Both the position numbers and the translations under genes were made by a program. A stretch of DNA of 64,000 nucleotides from a virus, in the IMG/VR virus record IMGVR_UViG_3300028393_001967; one strand, given 5' to 3'. Below are positions 8,674 through 18,120 of this stretch, piece by piece. The notes beneath the pieces are model-generated. The model was not told the origin of the DNA, ran no database searches, and worked only from the letters and a program-made list of their open reading frames with translations. How positions within the stretch are numbered: the stretch's first letter is position 1; every line of letters begins with the position of its first letter.

Positions 8674-9693
8674 ATGACTCGTAAAATGGCAACTATCCGT
8701 AAGATTGATGCACTGCGTCCTATTGAAGGCGCTGATGCAATTGAATGCGCTATCGTAGGTGGATGGACCTGCGTGGTAAAGAAGGGTGAATACACTGCTG
8801 GTGATCTGGCTGTGTACTGCGAAATTGATTCTTGGATTCCACATAACATTGCACCATTTCTATCAAAAGGAAACTTTCCACGTGTTTTCAATGAAGTCAA
8901 GGGTGAACGTCTGCGTACTGTAAAGTTGCGTGGTCAACTGTCACAGGGCCTTCTATTGGACCGATACACTGTTCTAGACAAGGTTGGTGAGATTTACGAA
9001 GGTATGGATGTTTCTGAACTGCTTGGCATCACCAAGTATGAAGCACCCATCCCCGCAGAACTTGCAGGTGAAGTCAAAGGTATGTTCCCTTCAGTGATTC
9101 CGAAGACTGACCAAGAGCGTATTCAAAACTTGTCAGCAGAGTTGGCGGAGTGGAAGACTGAAAATCTATCTTGGGAAATTACAGAGAAACTCGATGGGTC
9201 TTCAATGACTGTTTATGTTATTGATGGTGAAGTTGGTGTTTGCTCACGCAACCTTGACCTCAAGCGTAATGTTGATAATTCATTGTGGCGTGCCGCTATC
9301 CGGCACGACTTAGAAGAAAAGTTGAAGATTGCAGGTGGTAACATTGCAGTCCAAGGTGAACTGATTGGAAACGGCATTCAAGGTAACAAGTACCAAATGC
9401 GTGATCAAGACTTTTATGTTTACGACATTTATGACATTGATGCAGGTCGTTACTACACTCCTGCTGAACGAGTGGCGTTTGTAACTGAACACAAGTTGAA
9501 TCACTGCCCTATTTTGATCTCTAATGATCGTTTGGGCGGCGGCGAAACTATTGAAAATCTGTTGAAGTACGCTGAAGGTAATTCAGAATTGAATCCCAAG
9601 CAAGAGCGTGAAGGACTGGTGTTCAAGTGTAACGAAAAGTCTGTGAGCTTCAAGGCAATTTCTAACAAATTTTTATTAAAGAGTGGTGAATAA
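8674..9693 (+). CDS. RNA ligase, DRB0094/Rnl2-like family
   Basis: N-terminal RKMATIR..IEGADAIE, TEKLDGSS (motif I), QGELIG, REGLV, FKAISN. Confidence 0.9.
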   Translation: MTRKMATIRKIDALRPIEGADAIECAIVGGWTCVVKKGEYTAGDLAVYCEIDSWIPHNIAPFLSKGNFPRVFNEVKGERLRTVKLRGQLSQGLLLDRYTVLDKVGEIYEGMDVSELLGITKYEAPIPAELAGEVKGMFPSVIPKTDQERIQNLSAELAEWKTENLSWEITEKLDGSSMTVYVIDGEVGVCSRNLDLKRNVDNSLWRAAIRHDLEEKLKIAGGNIAVQGELIGNGIQGNKYQMRDQDFYVYDIYDIDAGRYYTPAERVAFVTEHKLNHCPILISNDRLGGGETIENLLKYAEGNSELNPKQEREGLVFKCNEKSVSFKAISNKFLLKSGE

Positions 9694-10238
9694 TGAATAC
9701 TTGGGTAACAAGTGATTTACATTTTGGACATAAGAACATTATGTCCTTTTGTCCTGTATCGCGGGCAAGGTTTCGTAATGACGTAGACTATATGAACGAG
9801 CAAATGGTCAAGGAATGGAACGACCTGATTGCTCCTGAAGATACAGTGTACATATTGGGTGATGTGGCATTCTTGCCTGCTCAAAAGGCAGCAGAATTTA
9901 TGAACCGCTGTAACGGCACTAAGATCTTAGTTGAAGGTAATCACGACCGTAAGACACTGAACGATCCCACATTCCGCAAGTGTTTTAAGGAAGTACACCA
10001 ATACCTGCGATTGGTCTATGATGGCACTGTTGTATGTATGTTTCATTATCCAATTCAGGAATTTGATCAACAACATCGTGGCTCTGTTCACTTACACGGT
10101 CATCTTCATGGAGGTGTTAGTGGAATCGAGCACTACAGAGTCCTTGATGTAGGTATGGATGCAACTGGTATGATTGCGATCTCGATGGATGATGCTGTTG
10201 CACAGGCCCTAAAAGGCCAAATCAAAGGGCATCACTAA
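9693..10238 (+). CDS. Calcineurin-like metallophosphoesterase
   Basis: SDLHFGH, LGD, GNHD, HYP, HGHLH. Confidence 0.9.
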   Translation: MNTWVTSDLHFGHKNIMSFCPVSRARFRNDVDYMNEQMVKEWNDLIAPEDTVYILGDVAFLPAQKAAEFMNRCNGTKILVEGNHDRKTLNDPTFRKCFKEVHQYLRLVYDGTVVCMFHYPIQEFDQQHRGSVHLHGHLHGGVSGIEHYRVLDVGMDATGMIAISMDDAVAQALKGQIKGHH

Positions 10239-10239
10239 T

Positions 10240-10476
10240 ATGATCACTGATATGATCGACCGTGAGATCAAGGTAGATGACTTTGTTGTATTTTACAGCA
10301 ACATCTACCGTGTCAAAAGTTTGGGAAAAGAGTATCCCGCCAATTCCGGACGAGGTCGAATTAAGATAAAGATTTGGAATGGCGGTGCTACCAGTCGCCC
10401 AGTTGAAAAACATTCCAAAGATGTAGCTCTTTTGGACCAAAATCAAGTATTGGTTTGGATGCTAAAACAAGGTTGA
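10240..10476 (+). CDS. Hypothetical protein
   Basis: DMIDREIKVDDFV, similar pattern to 4959 ORF. Confidence 0.65.
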   Translation: MITDMIDREIKVDDFVVFYSNIYRVKSLGKEYPANSGRGRIKIKIWNGGATSRPVEKHSKDVALLDQNQVLVWMLKQG

Positions 10477-10501
10477 CACTCCATTAAAACTCTGCTATAA
10501 T
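10473..10501 (+). promoter_or_regulatory. sigma70-type promoter
   Basis: TTGACA-N17-TATAAT with TG extension. Confidence 0.9.
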
Positions 10502-10534
10502 ACACTCATAGCAAGTAACTAATTGGAGTAGTAT

Positions 10535-10732
10535 ATGATGATTGTAGCAAAATTCAAAGATAAGATTGTACAAATTGTCAAGGTACAAGAATCAGTTATG
10601 TTCTCCGAGGACAAGGGCTGGATCTTTATCTGCTTTGACTTTGACAAGATCAACCGTCGTCGTGAACAATTTAAATGGGTCAAGGCCAGCAAAACTCGTT
10701 TTGAGTGGGTTCGCGAATTTGTAGGAGAATAA
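10535..10732 (+). CDS. Hypothetical protein
   Basis: GGAG RBS. Confidence 0.7.
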   Translation: MMIVAKFKDKIVQIVKVQESVMFSEDKGWIFICFDFDKINRRREQFKWVKASKTRFEWVREFVGE

Positions 10733-10733
10733 T

Positions 10734-11021
10734 ATGCGTGGAAAATACAGCCCAACCGTAAACCGTGCGTACATGAATGATCAGGAATGGTGGACAAAAT
10801 ATTCAGGATCAGACAAACCATCTGAAGAATATGTCCAGTATGATCCTGAAGGTTACGACAGTTACGGTTACAATAAAGACGATAAGGATCGTGCTGGTAA
10901 CTATGAGCACGAGTATTACAAAAACGACAGTGCTCATCCAGGATATGCAGATTACAATATCGCATACGATGACGCAGACAGTGAATGGGGTTTTGATGGC
11001 GTGAAGCCAGTAAGGATTTAA
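10734..11021 (+). CDS. Hypothetical Tyr/Asp-rich protein
   Basis: AGGAG RBS. Confidence 0.7.
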   Translation: MRGKYSPTVNRAYMNDQEWWTKYSGSDKPSEEYVQYDPEGYDSYGYNKDDKDRAGNYEHEYYKNDSAHPGYADYNIAYDDADSEWGFDGVKPVRI

Positions 11022-11022
11022 A

Positions 11023-11934
11023 ATGAACAAAGATGAATTGAAAGAGTTTGTATTGGCTAACCCACGGTTGGTCAGTATGAAGCCTGCTGGCGATGGTATC
11101 TATGTGCTAAAGTATTCCAAGCGAGTCTTCTACGATGACTTGTGGAATGACTTTCTTGAAGAATGTCGCGGCACAATTGTGGATGCTGACTTCAATGTAG
11201 TATCACGGCCATTTACAAAGATCTATAATTTCCGCGTAGAAGCCAATGCTCCTGTGTTGACTGATGATACTCCTGTAACTGCTTATCGTAAGGTCAACGG
11301 ATTTATGGTGGCAATGACTTGGCATAACAACGATATCCTAGTGAGCACCACTGGTTCCACTGCTAACGACTATGTTGACTATGCTAAAGAAATGATGCTG
11401 AAGCACTCCTGCTGGGCTGACTGGCAAATGGCAGTGCTGGGTGCTCGAGGTCATACTTTGATGTTTGAATGTGTGCATCCAAGCGACCCACATATCATTG
11501 TAGAAAAGACTGGGATGTATTTCTTAGGCTGGCGTGAAAATGCCTGGAACTCTCGAGTTCACGGCTTTGGTTGTGATGAGGTGTGGCGGATATTTGCTGA
11601 AGATACGTTAAAGTGTTATGCAGTAGAATCTTATCACATGACTGTGGGTGAGTTGGTAGCAGAGTCTAAAAAGGTTCGCCACGAAGGATTTGTGGCCTAT
11701 ACTGTGAACGGTCAAGCGTTTAAGATCAAGAGTCCATACTACTTGACCAGCAAGTGGGTTGCTCGTAATCCTCGCACTGACAAGTTAGTGAATATGGAAG
11801 CCGACATCAAGAAAAACCTCGATGAAGAATACTATCCACTAGTTGACGCGATACGTGCTAATATAGTAGAATATACTGCAATGGATGAACAAGCACGCCT
11901 AGCCTGGGTGCGTAACTATTTGGAGATGGTATGA
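11023..11934 (+). CDS. T4 Rnl1-like RNA ligase
   Basis: ECRG, SRPFTKIYN, KVNG (motif I), FE, EGFV, KIKSPYY. Confidence 0.8.
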   Translation: MNKDELKEFVLANPRLVSMKPAGDGIYVLKYSKRVFYDDLWNDFLEECRGTIVDADFNVVSRPFTKIYNFRVEANAPVLTDDTPVTAYRKVNGFMVAMTWHNNDILVSTTGSTANDYVDYAKEMMLKHSCWADWQMAVLGARGHTLMFECVHPSDPHIIVEKTGMYFLGWRENAWNSRVHGFGCDEVWRIFAEDTLKCYAVESYHMTVGELVAESKKVRHEGFVAYTVNGQAFKIKSPYYLTSKWVARNPRTDKLVNMEADIKKNLDEEYYPLVDAIRANIVEYTAMDEQARLAWVRNYLEMV

Positions 11935-12245
11935 ACGAACGAATTAAAAAACTTGCTGAACAGGCAGGCGTAAGTATTTTACTAGGTGACTTGACGGATG
12001 AAGATACCGGCAAAGTAGAGCGATCTAGACTAGAAATATTCGCCGAGTTGTTGATTAGTGAATGCTGTGCGGCATTGTGGACTGAAGAATGCCGCACAAG
12101 TGATTTGGCATTTGAAGAAGTTAAACGCAACGAGGCCAAGATTAAACAACATTTTGGAATTGATCCAGACAAGATTACAATAGAGATGTTGGACAGAACG
12201 ATTGCTTGGTGTGAGCAACAACAAGCGGAGAAACGGGATGAGTGA
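11931..12245 (+). CDS. Hypothetical protein, MNERI paralog family
   Basis: MNERIKKLAEQAG...FAELLISEC...IKQHFG. Confidence 0.75.
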   Translation: MNERIKKLAEQAGVSILLGDLTDEDTGKVERSRLEIFAELLISECCAALWTEECRTSDLAFEEVKRNEAKIKQHFGIDPDKITIEMLDRTIAWCEQQQAEKRDE

Positions 12246-12432
12246 AGAACCGGAACTAATTGGCTATACAGAGCGTGAACAAGTATTTGAACCCTTGTAT
12301 GCTCCACCACGAGGGTATATAGTTACACAAGCATTTATACTTTGTAAGTATTGCCGTGGTGCTATCTATCCCTGTATGGGACCAAAGTATGATGCAGTGT
12401 GTTTCGCCTGTTATGATGAGAAAACGAAATGA
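12238..12432 (+). CDS. Small CxxC zinc-finger protein
   Basis: CKYC, CFAC. Confidence 0.6.
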   Translation: MSEEPELIGYTEREQVFEPLYAPPRGYIVTQAFILCKYCRGAIYPCMGPKYDAVCFACYDEKTK

Positions 12433-12737
12433 TTAAGTGTGAAAAATGTGGATACAGTGATAATGGCACTGGCGACTGGGCTCACGTGTGCGGTCCAGTA
12501 AAGATAAAGACACCCGAACTTCACGAAGAATTTGATCGTTTTGAGGAACTTATGGTTAAAGATGAAAGTCATTTGCCCGTAAGTGAACAAAGTCTAGTGT
12601 TTCGTTTGAGAAAACGGGCAGAAATTCGTAGACAAATTCCTGGCAGAAAAAGCGTAGAAGAGGGAAAATCAGATCGTATTGCTGATTTATTGGAAGAAGC
12701 AGCAGATGAAATTGAGAGACTCCTATTGAAAAGTTAG
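12429..12737 (+). CDS. Hypothetical protein
   Basis: ATGA overlap; LVFRLRKRAEIR..ADLLEEAADEIERL. Confidence 0.7.
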   Translation: MIKCEKCGYSDNGTGDWAHVCGPVKIKTPELHEEFDRFEELMVKDESHLPVSEQSLVFRLRKRAEIRRQIPGRKSVEEGKSDRIADLLEEAADEIERLLLKS

Positions 12738-12804
12738 TCGCTCCATTTGACATCACAATCATTTATAGTTTATTATAATAAATACTAATGTTAAAGGGGA
12801 GACT

Positions 12805-13521
12805 ATGTTTGATTGGAGTAACCTAGAACGTGCTAAAATTATAGAAGGGCTATACAGTCTTGCACCACGCATTACTGATAAGACAATTTCGGCTTACGAA
12901 TTCCACAAAACAGTTACCAACTATCTCAAAAGAACATATCCCGTTAAAACTTCTATAAGTTGGGATGAGAAAATTAAATCTCATATCACATTTGTGGGCG
13001 GCGCATATTATAGCGACTACGATGAAGAAGATAAGAAATGTATAGAAATAACATTTGTCTATCATCCCATTCACGATGATTTCAAAATAACCAAAAAACG
13101 ATTTAAAGGTATTTGTGGCACCATTGCTGACACACTACTACACGAAATCATCCATATGAGACAATATCGTCGTCGTGGATTTAAATCTTTGCCCAATTAT
13201 GCTAGTACAGCGGCATCTACTAAACTGCGTGAAGAACAAGCCTATTTAGGTTGTACGGATGAGATTGATGCATATGGATTTAACATTGCTTGCGAACTTT
13301 TGGAAAAGTATAAAAGTGATCAAAGACTTGTGATCAAACATTTAGATTTGGATTTGAGCAAATGCAGAAAAAATGGCGGCAGTTGGAAAATGTATTTGAA
13401 AGCATTTGGGCACGACCACAATCACGAAATTATAAAAAGAGTAAAGAAAAAAGTAATACGCTATCTTCCCCGAGCAATAGAGGGAAAGCCTTTCAAGAGT
13501 CGCGACTGGATCTGTCATTGA
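12805..13521 (+). CDS. HExxH zincin-like protein
   Basis: LLHEIIHMRQ plus downstream DEIDAY; AATAAATA at 12777 upstream. Confidence 0.6.
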   Translation: MFDWSNLERAKIIEGLYSLAPRITDKTISAYEFHKTVTNYLKRTYPVKTSISWDEKIKSHITFVGGAYYSDYDEEDKKCIEITFVYHPIHDDFKITKKRFKGICGTIADTLLHEIIHMRQYRRRGFKSLPNYASTAASTKLREEQAYLGCTDEIDAYGFNIACELLEKYKSDQRLVIKHLDLDLSKCRKNGGSWKMYLKAFGHDHNHEIIKRVKKKVIRYLPRAIEGKPFKSRDWICH

Positions 13522-13546
13522 CCTTTAAATAACACTATGCTATAAT
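13518..13546 (+). promoter_or_regulatory. sigma70-type promoter
   Basis: TTGACC-N17-TATAAT with TG extension. Confidence 0.8.
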
Positions 13547-13552
13547 AGTGTT

Positions 13553-13789
13553 ATGACATTTATATCTAAACGAAGCACTATTCGAAGCCTTAAACCAGGT
13601 GACAGGAATTTCCGTATCAGTGACGGATTAATTACTGCTCCCCGAGCAGGATTTGAAATAAGTCAGCGATGTCCAGAAAATTATCGAGATATATTACAAG
13701 AATGCATTGGGCATGGTTGGATAAAACCAGTTGCATATATTACAGAACGTGAATTGCTGTTTATGGGATTGAGTAAAGATGATGTTTAA
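13553..13789 (+). CDS. Hypothetical protein
   Basis: ORF behind promoter. Confidence 0.65.
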   Translation: MTFISKRSTIRSLKPGDRNFRISDGLITAPRAGFEISQRCPENYRDILQECIGHGWIKPVAYITERELLFMGLSKDDV

Positions 13790-13840
13790 TTGCTTGACAA
13801 AACCTAAATAATACTATATTATAAACTATAGGAATAATAT

Positions 13841-14560
13841 ATGACCCAGCTCTATTATAGAAAAGAAGACGGAAGACCTCTTGCCCAGGTTATCCGAGAA
13901 AGAATGAAACGTGATAATAAACGTTTCTGGGCAGGTGATAACATTAGTGAATATGTTAGCGATGTTGAAAAAGATGAACTGATCAAAGAAGCGACAGTAG
14001 CATTTGAACAAGTATTAGATACATTGTTAATTGATCGAGAAAACGATCCTAACTCGCGTGGTACTGCGAAGCGTCTTGCTAAAATGTACTATAACGAAAT
14101 AATGGCAGGACGATATGAATCAGGACCAGATTGTACAGCATTTCCTAACGACAGCGAAGATCGCTATGAAGGTATGTTGGTGGTTAGGAGTGAGCTTCGT
14201 AGTATGTGCAGTCACCATCATCAGCCTGTTACTGGTGTGGCCTACATCGGAATACTCGCCGCCCAGAAACTCATTGGATTGTCCAAATACACAAGAATCG
14301 CCCAATGGTGTGCCCGAAGAGGCACCCTCCAAGAAGAACTATGTAATGACATTGCTAAAGAAATCTCACAAGCAACTGACAGTGAAGACGTAGCAGTCTA
14401 CATACAGGCTACTCATGGCTGCTGTGAGAATAGAGGAATTATGGCACATTCTAGTTTAACACAGACAACAGTGCTCAAAGGTGCATTTAAAAATGACCAA
14501 GGCACTAAAAAAGAGTTTTTTGATAATATCAAACTACAACAAGAGTTTGCACCACGATAA
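13841..14560 (+). CDS. folE: GTP cyclohydrolase I
   Basis: SMCSHH, IGLSKYTR, LQEEL, HGCCENRG. Confidence 0.95.
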   Translation: MTQLYYRKEDGRPLAQVIRERMKRDNKRFWAGDNISEYVSDVEKDELIKEATVAFEQVLDTLLIDRENDPNSRGTAKRLAKMYYNEIMAGRYESGPDCTAFPNDSEDRYEGMLVVRSELRSMCSHHHQPVTGVAYIGILAAQKLIGLSKYTRIAQWCARRGTLQEELCNDIAKEISQATDSEDVAVYIQATHGCCENRGIMAHSSLTQTTVLKGAFKNDQGTKKEFFDNIKLQQEFAPR

Positions 14561-14575
14561 CACAAGGAAATTAAA

Positions 14576-14770
14576 ATGGCAAAACAACTAGGTAAACTAA
14601 CTAAGGTAAATGAATCATTTACTGTCAATCGTTACGACAATGGCTTTATGATTGAAGTCGGCGGCCGCGATAGTGAAAATGATTGGAAGAACTGTAAAGT
14701 CCTTTGCAGTACTGAGGAAGAACTATTTGCAGTGATTAAAGAAGCACTTGCAATGGATTTGGACAATTAA
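14576..14770 (+). CDS. Hypothetical protein
   Basis: AAGGA RBS. Confidence 0.7.
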   Translation: MAKQLGKLTKVNESFTVNRYDNGFMIEVGGRDSENDWKNCKVLCSTEEELFAVIKEALAMDLDN

Positions 14771-14780
14771 AAGGTAAAAC

Positions 14781-15503
14781 ATGAAAAAAACAAAACTTAA
14801 TATTCCCCAACGGCCGTCGATGGTTCCAAAAACCACCTCACCGTTGACGCCTATGACTGCAAAACAACCAGGAGGTAAACCGCCAAGTGTTATGATTGCA
14901 GTTCCAGCAATGGAAATGGTCAATGCTGAATTTGCGCAACATCTAGCAATGGCCGCAGCCAATATGGTTGCTAATGGTATTAAAATCAATTGTGCATTTA
15001 ACATTGGCTCAGTTATTACCATTGCCCGTCGTAACTTAGTTGATATCTTTTTAAAGAGTGACTTTGACCATATTTTCTGGGTAGACAGTGATATGAAATT
15101 CCCCATTGATGCGCCTATGCGTTTGTTGGCTCGTAACAAGCCAATCGTTGGTGCTAACTATCGTCGTCGTCGTTTCCCCAATCCTAACTTTACAGGTATG
15201 ATGGGATCAAGTGGTCAGTTCACAGAATTTCAAACAACTGACAACAGTCCTGCAATGGAACTGATTGATGTATTACCCCACGGACTAGTAATGTGCAAAC
15301 GTGAAGTTTACGAAAAGATTCCTCAACCGCATTATCTACAAGAATATGTGCCAGCACTTAATCTTGAAATTGGTGAGGACATATTCTTCTGCCAACAGGC
15401 ACAAAAGGCAGGATATGAAATTTGGTGCGATCAAGAGCTGAGCAGAGAAGTAGCACACATTGGTATTTTCCACTTTAACTACAATTTATCAGTTCCAAAA
15501 TAA
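14781..15503 (+). CDS. GT-A fold glycosyltransferase-like protein
   Basis: ARRNLV, FWVDSD (DxD), IGEDIFFC, HIG. Confidence 0.75.
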   Translation: MKKTKLNIPQRPSMVPKTTSPLTPMTAKQPGGKPPSVMIAVPAMEMVNAEFAQHLAMAAANMVANGIKINCAFNIGSVITIARRNLVDIFLKSDFDHIFWVDSDMKFPIDAPMRLLARNKPIVGANYRRRRFPNPNFTGMMGSSGQFTEFQTTDNSPAMELIDVLPHGLVMCKREVYEKIPQPHYLQEYVPALNLEIGEDIFFCQQAQKAGYEIWCDQELSREVAHIGIFHFNYNLSVPK

Positions 15504-15519
15504 ACGAAAGGGACACATA

Positions 15520-15693
15520 ATGTTGTTCGAAAGCATAGAGATTCGTAAAGTGAAGAATGGCGTAATCGTCACTCTTCGAACTGACGAGGACGAAGATCAA
15601 GAATATGTCTATGACCGAGATAGCAAAGCTATCAAATTTGTCAAAGACCTTCTTGAAAACAAAGGTAAGGTCTCTGTATCAGAGGCCGATTAA
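15520..15693 (+). CDS. Hypothetical protein
   Basis: RBS-supported ATG at 15520. Confidence 0.65.
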   Translation: MLFESIEIRKVKNGVIVTLRTDEDEDQEYVYDRDSKAIKFVKDLLENKGKVSVSEAD

Positions 15694-15696
15694 AAT

Positions 15697-16149
15697 ATGA
15701 CAGTTAAAAAATCCTACAAAGTGGGCGATAACGTTTGGATATACGGTATCAATAGAAGCAATTTAAAACCTAGTAAAGGCCGCGTAATCAAAGTCGTGGA
15801 TTTAACTGATGCTGGTTATACAGTTGGCAATCACTATGTTATCGAAATTCCCTCGCATATCGAACCTCTATTGGAAATTAGAACTTGGCATAATATTAGT
15901 CAAGATGAACTTGGTCCAGTTGGCTCTTTGAGAAATATTGGCAGCATTGAGTCCACTATCAAATTTGCTAGTACTGTGGGTTTTGTATTTGATGACGATC
16001 CCGTACTTGACACAGATGCGGAAGACGATGGAATTAGTGACGATGACATTCACGCCGCTCTTGAAAAATCAAAACAAAGTACTGAACACACTCCGTTGGT
16101 AATGGATAAACCCAAGCGCAGACATTATCCACGGAAGAAGAAACTTTGA
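15697..16149 (+). CDS. Hypothetical protein
   Basis: Operon packing. Confidence 0.7.
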   Translation: MTVKKSYKVGDNVWIYGINRSNLKPSKGRVIKVVDLTDAGYTVGNHYVIEIPSHIEPLLEIRTWHNISQDELGPVGSLRNIGSIESTIKFASTVGFVFDDDPVLDTDAEDDGISDDDIHAALEKSKQSTEHTPLVMDKPKRRHYPRKKKL

Positions 16150-16442
16150 TTGCAGCCTTTGACGATTTAGATAAAGTAGTTCGAAGTTGGACATACAGGG
16201 AATCGGTGATTAAACCTACACTACACCAACGTGCCACGGGTTATCGTTTACAATTTGTAGAAGAGTCCGATGATGATACCACTTGGACTACTACTAAACT
16301 TAATGACATAGTTGAGTGGGCTGCTGAAAAATTAAAGAGTTGGCCTGATGTTAATCGAATGAGTTTTGATATATGGGATTTTAAACATAGTAAAGATGCT
16401 GAAAAGTTTATAACATTGTTTCATTTGTCATGGGATCAGTAA
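16146..16442 (+). CDS. Hypothetical protein
   Basis: Overlap with neighbours. Confidence 0.65.
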   Translation: MIAAFDDLDKVVRSWTYRESVIKPTLHQRATGYRLQFVEESDDDTTWTTTKLNDIVEWAAEKLKSWPDVNRMSFDIWDFKHSKDAEKFITLFHLSWDQ

Positions 16443-16726
16443 GGTATACAGTTGATGACAACCATAATGTGAAAGAAATTCATAAAGTTGTCGTCCATCG
16501 TTTTCGATTAAGTGATGTAGAAGATCCAGATCTGTATGCTGCCGAACCTTTGCACAAATGGGAAAAGAGTGAACAGGGTCAGTTTGTCATGCAACACGCT
16601 ATTGATAAACCCGAATGGCATAGGAACGTGGATCATTTGACATACGGTTATCAGTATGCTATTGTAGCAGAATTAGAAAAGAAAAAGTTAAGTGAGTTTT
16701 ATCTAAAATGGGGACAAGTTAAATGA
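16430..16726 (+). CDS. Hypothetical protein
   Basis: DVEDPDLYAAEPL motif; operon packing. Confidence 0.7.
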   Translation: MGSVRYTVDDNHNVKEIHKVVVHRFRLSDVEDPDLYAAEPLHKWEKSEQGQFVMQHAIDKPEWHRNVDHLTYGYQYAIVAELEKKKLSEFYLKWGQVK

Positions 16727-17691
16727 AAGTTTTATTTCATAACAACCAACTTGATACTCGTGGCACCACAGTAGCAACTGTTGCATACGCTCGATATAAT
16801 CAAGAAATATTAGGAAATGAAAGTATTATTTGTTATGATGCTACACAACGTCCTGATGGATATTTAGGAACTGATCTCGGTGTTCGTGAGCGATTAGAAT
16901 CAGAGTTCCAAATTATTGGACATCAGGGTGTTGAAGATTTGCAACGTATAATTGAAAAAGAAGCAGTTGATTTTTCTTATTTTTTAAGAAGTGGAAACAT
17001 TGAGTTTTTGCCTAATAATTGTAAAACTGGAGTACACTCTGTATTTCAAAATTACGAACCGCACGGAGACAAATATGCGTATGTATCCGAATGGTTGGCC
17101 AAAACCATGACACAACGGTCAGGCGTTGCATCACTGCCTTGGGTACCGCATATTGTAGACTTGCCAGAACCAAACGACAACTATCGTGAACAATTAGGTA
17201 TTAGACCTGACCAATTTATTTTTGGAAGGCATGGCGGAAAAAATACTTTTGATTTACCATTTGTTAAAAAAGCCATTGCTGATCTAGTAAATGCTACTGA
17301 TAAGTTTGTATTTTTATTTGTTGGAACTGAACCTTGGATTGACCATCCTAATGTTAGATTCTTTAATGAGATTCAAGATTTACAAGATAAAGCTAATGTA
17401 ATCGATACTTGGGATGCAATGATACACGCTCGAATAGATGGCGAAAGTTTTGGTCTTTCTGTTGTTGAAGCACTGAGTCTTAATAAACCTGTGTTGTCTT
17501 GGGAAGGCGGAAATGATTTGCATCATACAAAAGTTTTAGAAAATTCAGGACTACTGTATAATGAAAACACAATACTTAATAAACTAACTCGTATTGAAGA
17601 ACTAGCTAAATCAGAGGATTGGACTAAACGGGTAGAACAATTCAAACCCGAGATAGTTATGCAGCAATTTAACAATGTCTTTTTAAAATAA
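16723..17691 (+). CDS. GT-B (family 4-like) glycosyltransferase
   Basis: RGT at N-terminus, GESFGLSVVEA..NKPV. Confidence 0.8.
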   Translation: MKVLFHNNQLDTRGTTVATVAYARYNQEILGNESIICYDATQRPDGYLGTDLGVRERLESEFQIIGHQGVEDLQRIIEKEAVDFSYFLRSGNIEFLPNNCKTGVHSVFQNYEPHGDKYAYVSEWLAKTMTQRSGVASLPWVPHIVDLPEPNDNYREQLGIRPDQFIFGRHGGKNTFDLPFVKKAIADLVNATDKFVFLFVGTEPWIDHPNVRFFNEIQDLQDKANVIDTWDAMIHARIDGESFGLSVVEALSLNKPVLSWEGGNDLHHTKVLENSGLLYNENTILNKLTRIEELAKSEDWTKRVEQFKPEIVMQQFNNVFLK

Positions 17692-17700
17692 AGGTGTCAA

Positions 17701-17931
17701 ATGGAAGTTGTTCGTTACGGTGACAAGTGTGTAGTCAAGCAGGATAACAGCAGTAAGTCAGTGGAGGCTGAAGTGCTGGAATTCAAAGAAAAGAAAAACT
17801 TAATAGTTGTCTTGAACAAATCAGTTAAATTGAATATGATTTGGAATGGTAAACTATACGAAGGAAAAATGGCCGGTATTGATTTCAATACCACAGGACC
17901 AACAATTAGTAGATCAACAACAGGAAGATAA
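17701..17931 (+). CDS. Hypothetical protein
   Basis: AAGGTG RBS. Confidence 0.7.
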   Translation: MEVVRYGDKCVVKQDNSSKSVEAEVLEFKEKKNLIVVLNKSVKLNMIWNGKLYEGKMAGIDFNTTGPTISRSTTGR

Positions 17932-17933
17932 AA

Positions 17934-18119
17934 ATGGAAACACAATTAAAAGTGGGCGACAAGGTAGAAAAAGTTAGCGGATACAAATGGCCAGGTGTTG
18001 TTGTATCAGTGTTTGATACATTATCAAACGAACGCAGAGTAGTAGTCGAATGTACTGTTGCTGAAATTGCAGGTGCATTGCACATCTATAACGAAAAACA
18101 ATTAAAGGTAGTAGAGTAA
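17934..18119 (+). CDS. DfrB/R67 type II dihydrofolate reductase-like SH3 protein
   Basis: GDKVEKVSGYKWPGVVV...VVE....GALHIY parallels R67 GDRVRKKSGAAWQGQIV...AVE...GSVQIY. Confidence 0.65.
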   Translation: METQLKVGDKVEKVSGYKWPGVVVSVFDTLSNERRVVVECTVAEIAGALHIYNEKQLKVVE

Positions 18120-18120
18120 T

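Noticed and set aside
11580-11590. GGTGTGGCGGA inside the Rnl1-like ligase in a different frame
   Set aside because: Single isolated 11-mer encoding EVWRI. It may be chance and is not counted as an array copy, though worth including in a genome-wide count.
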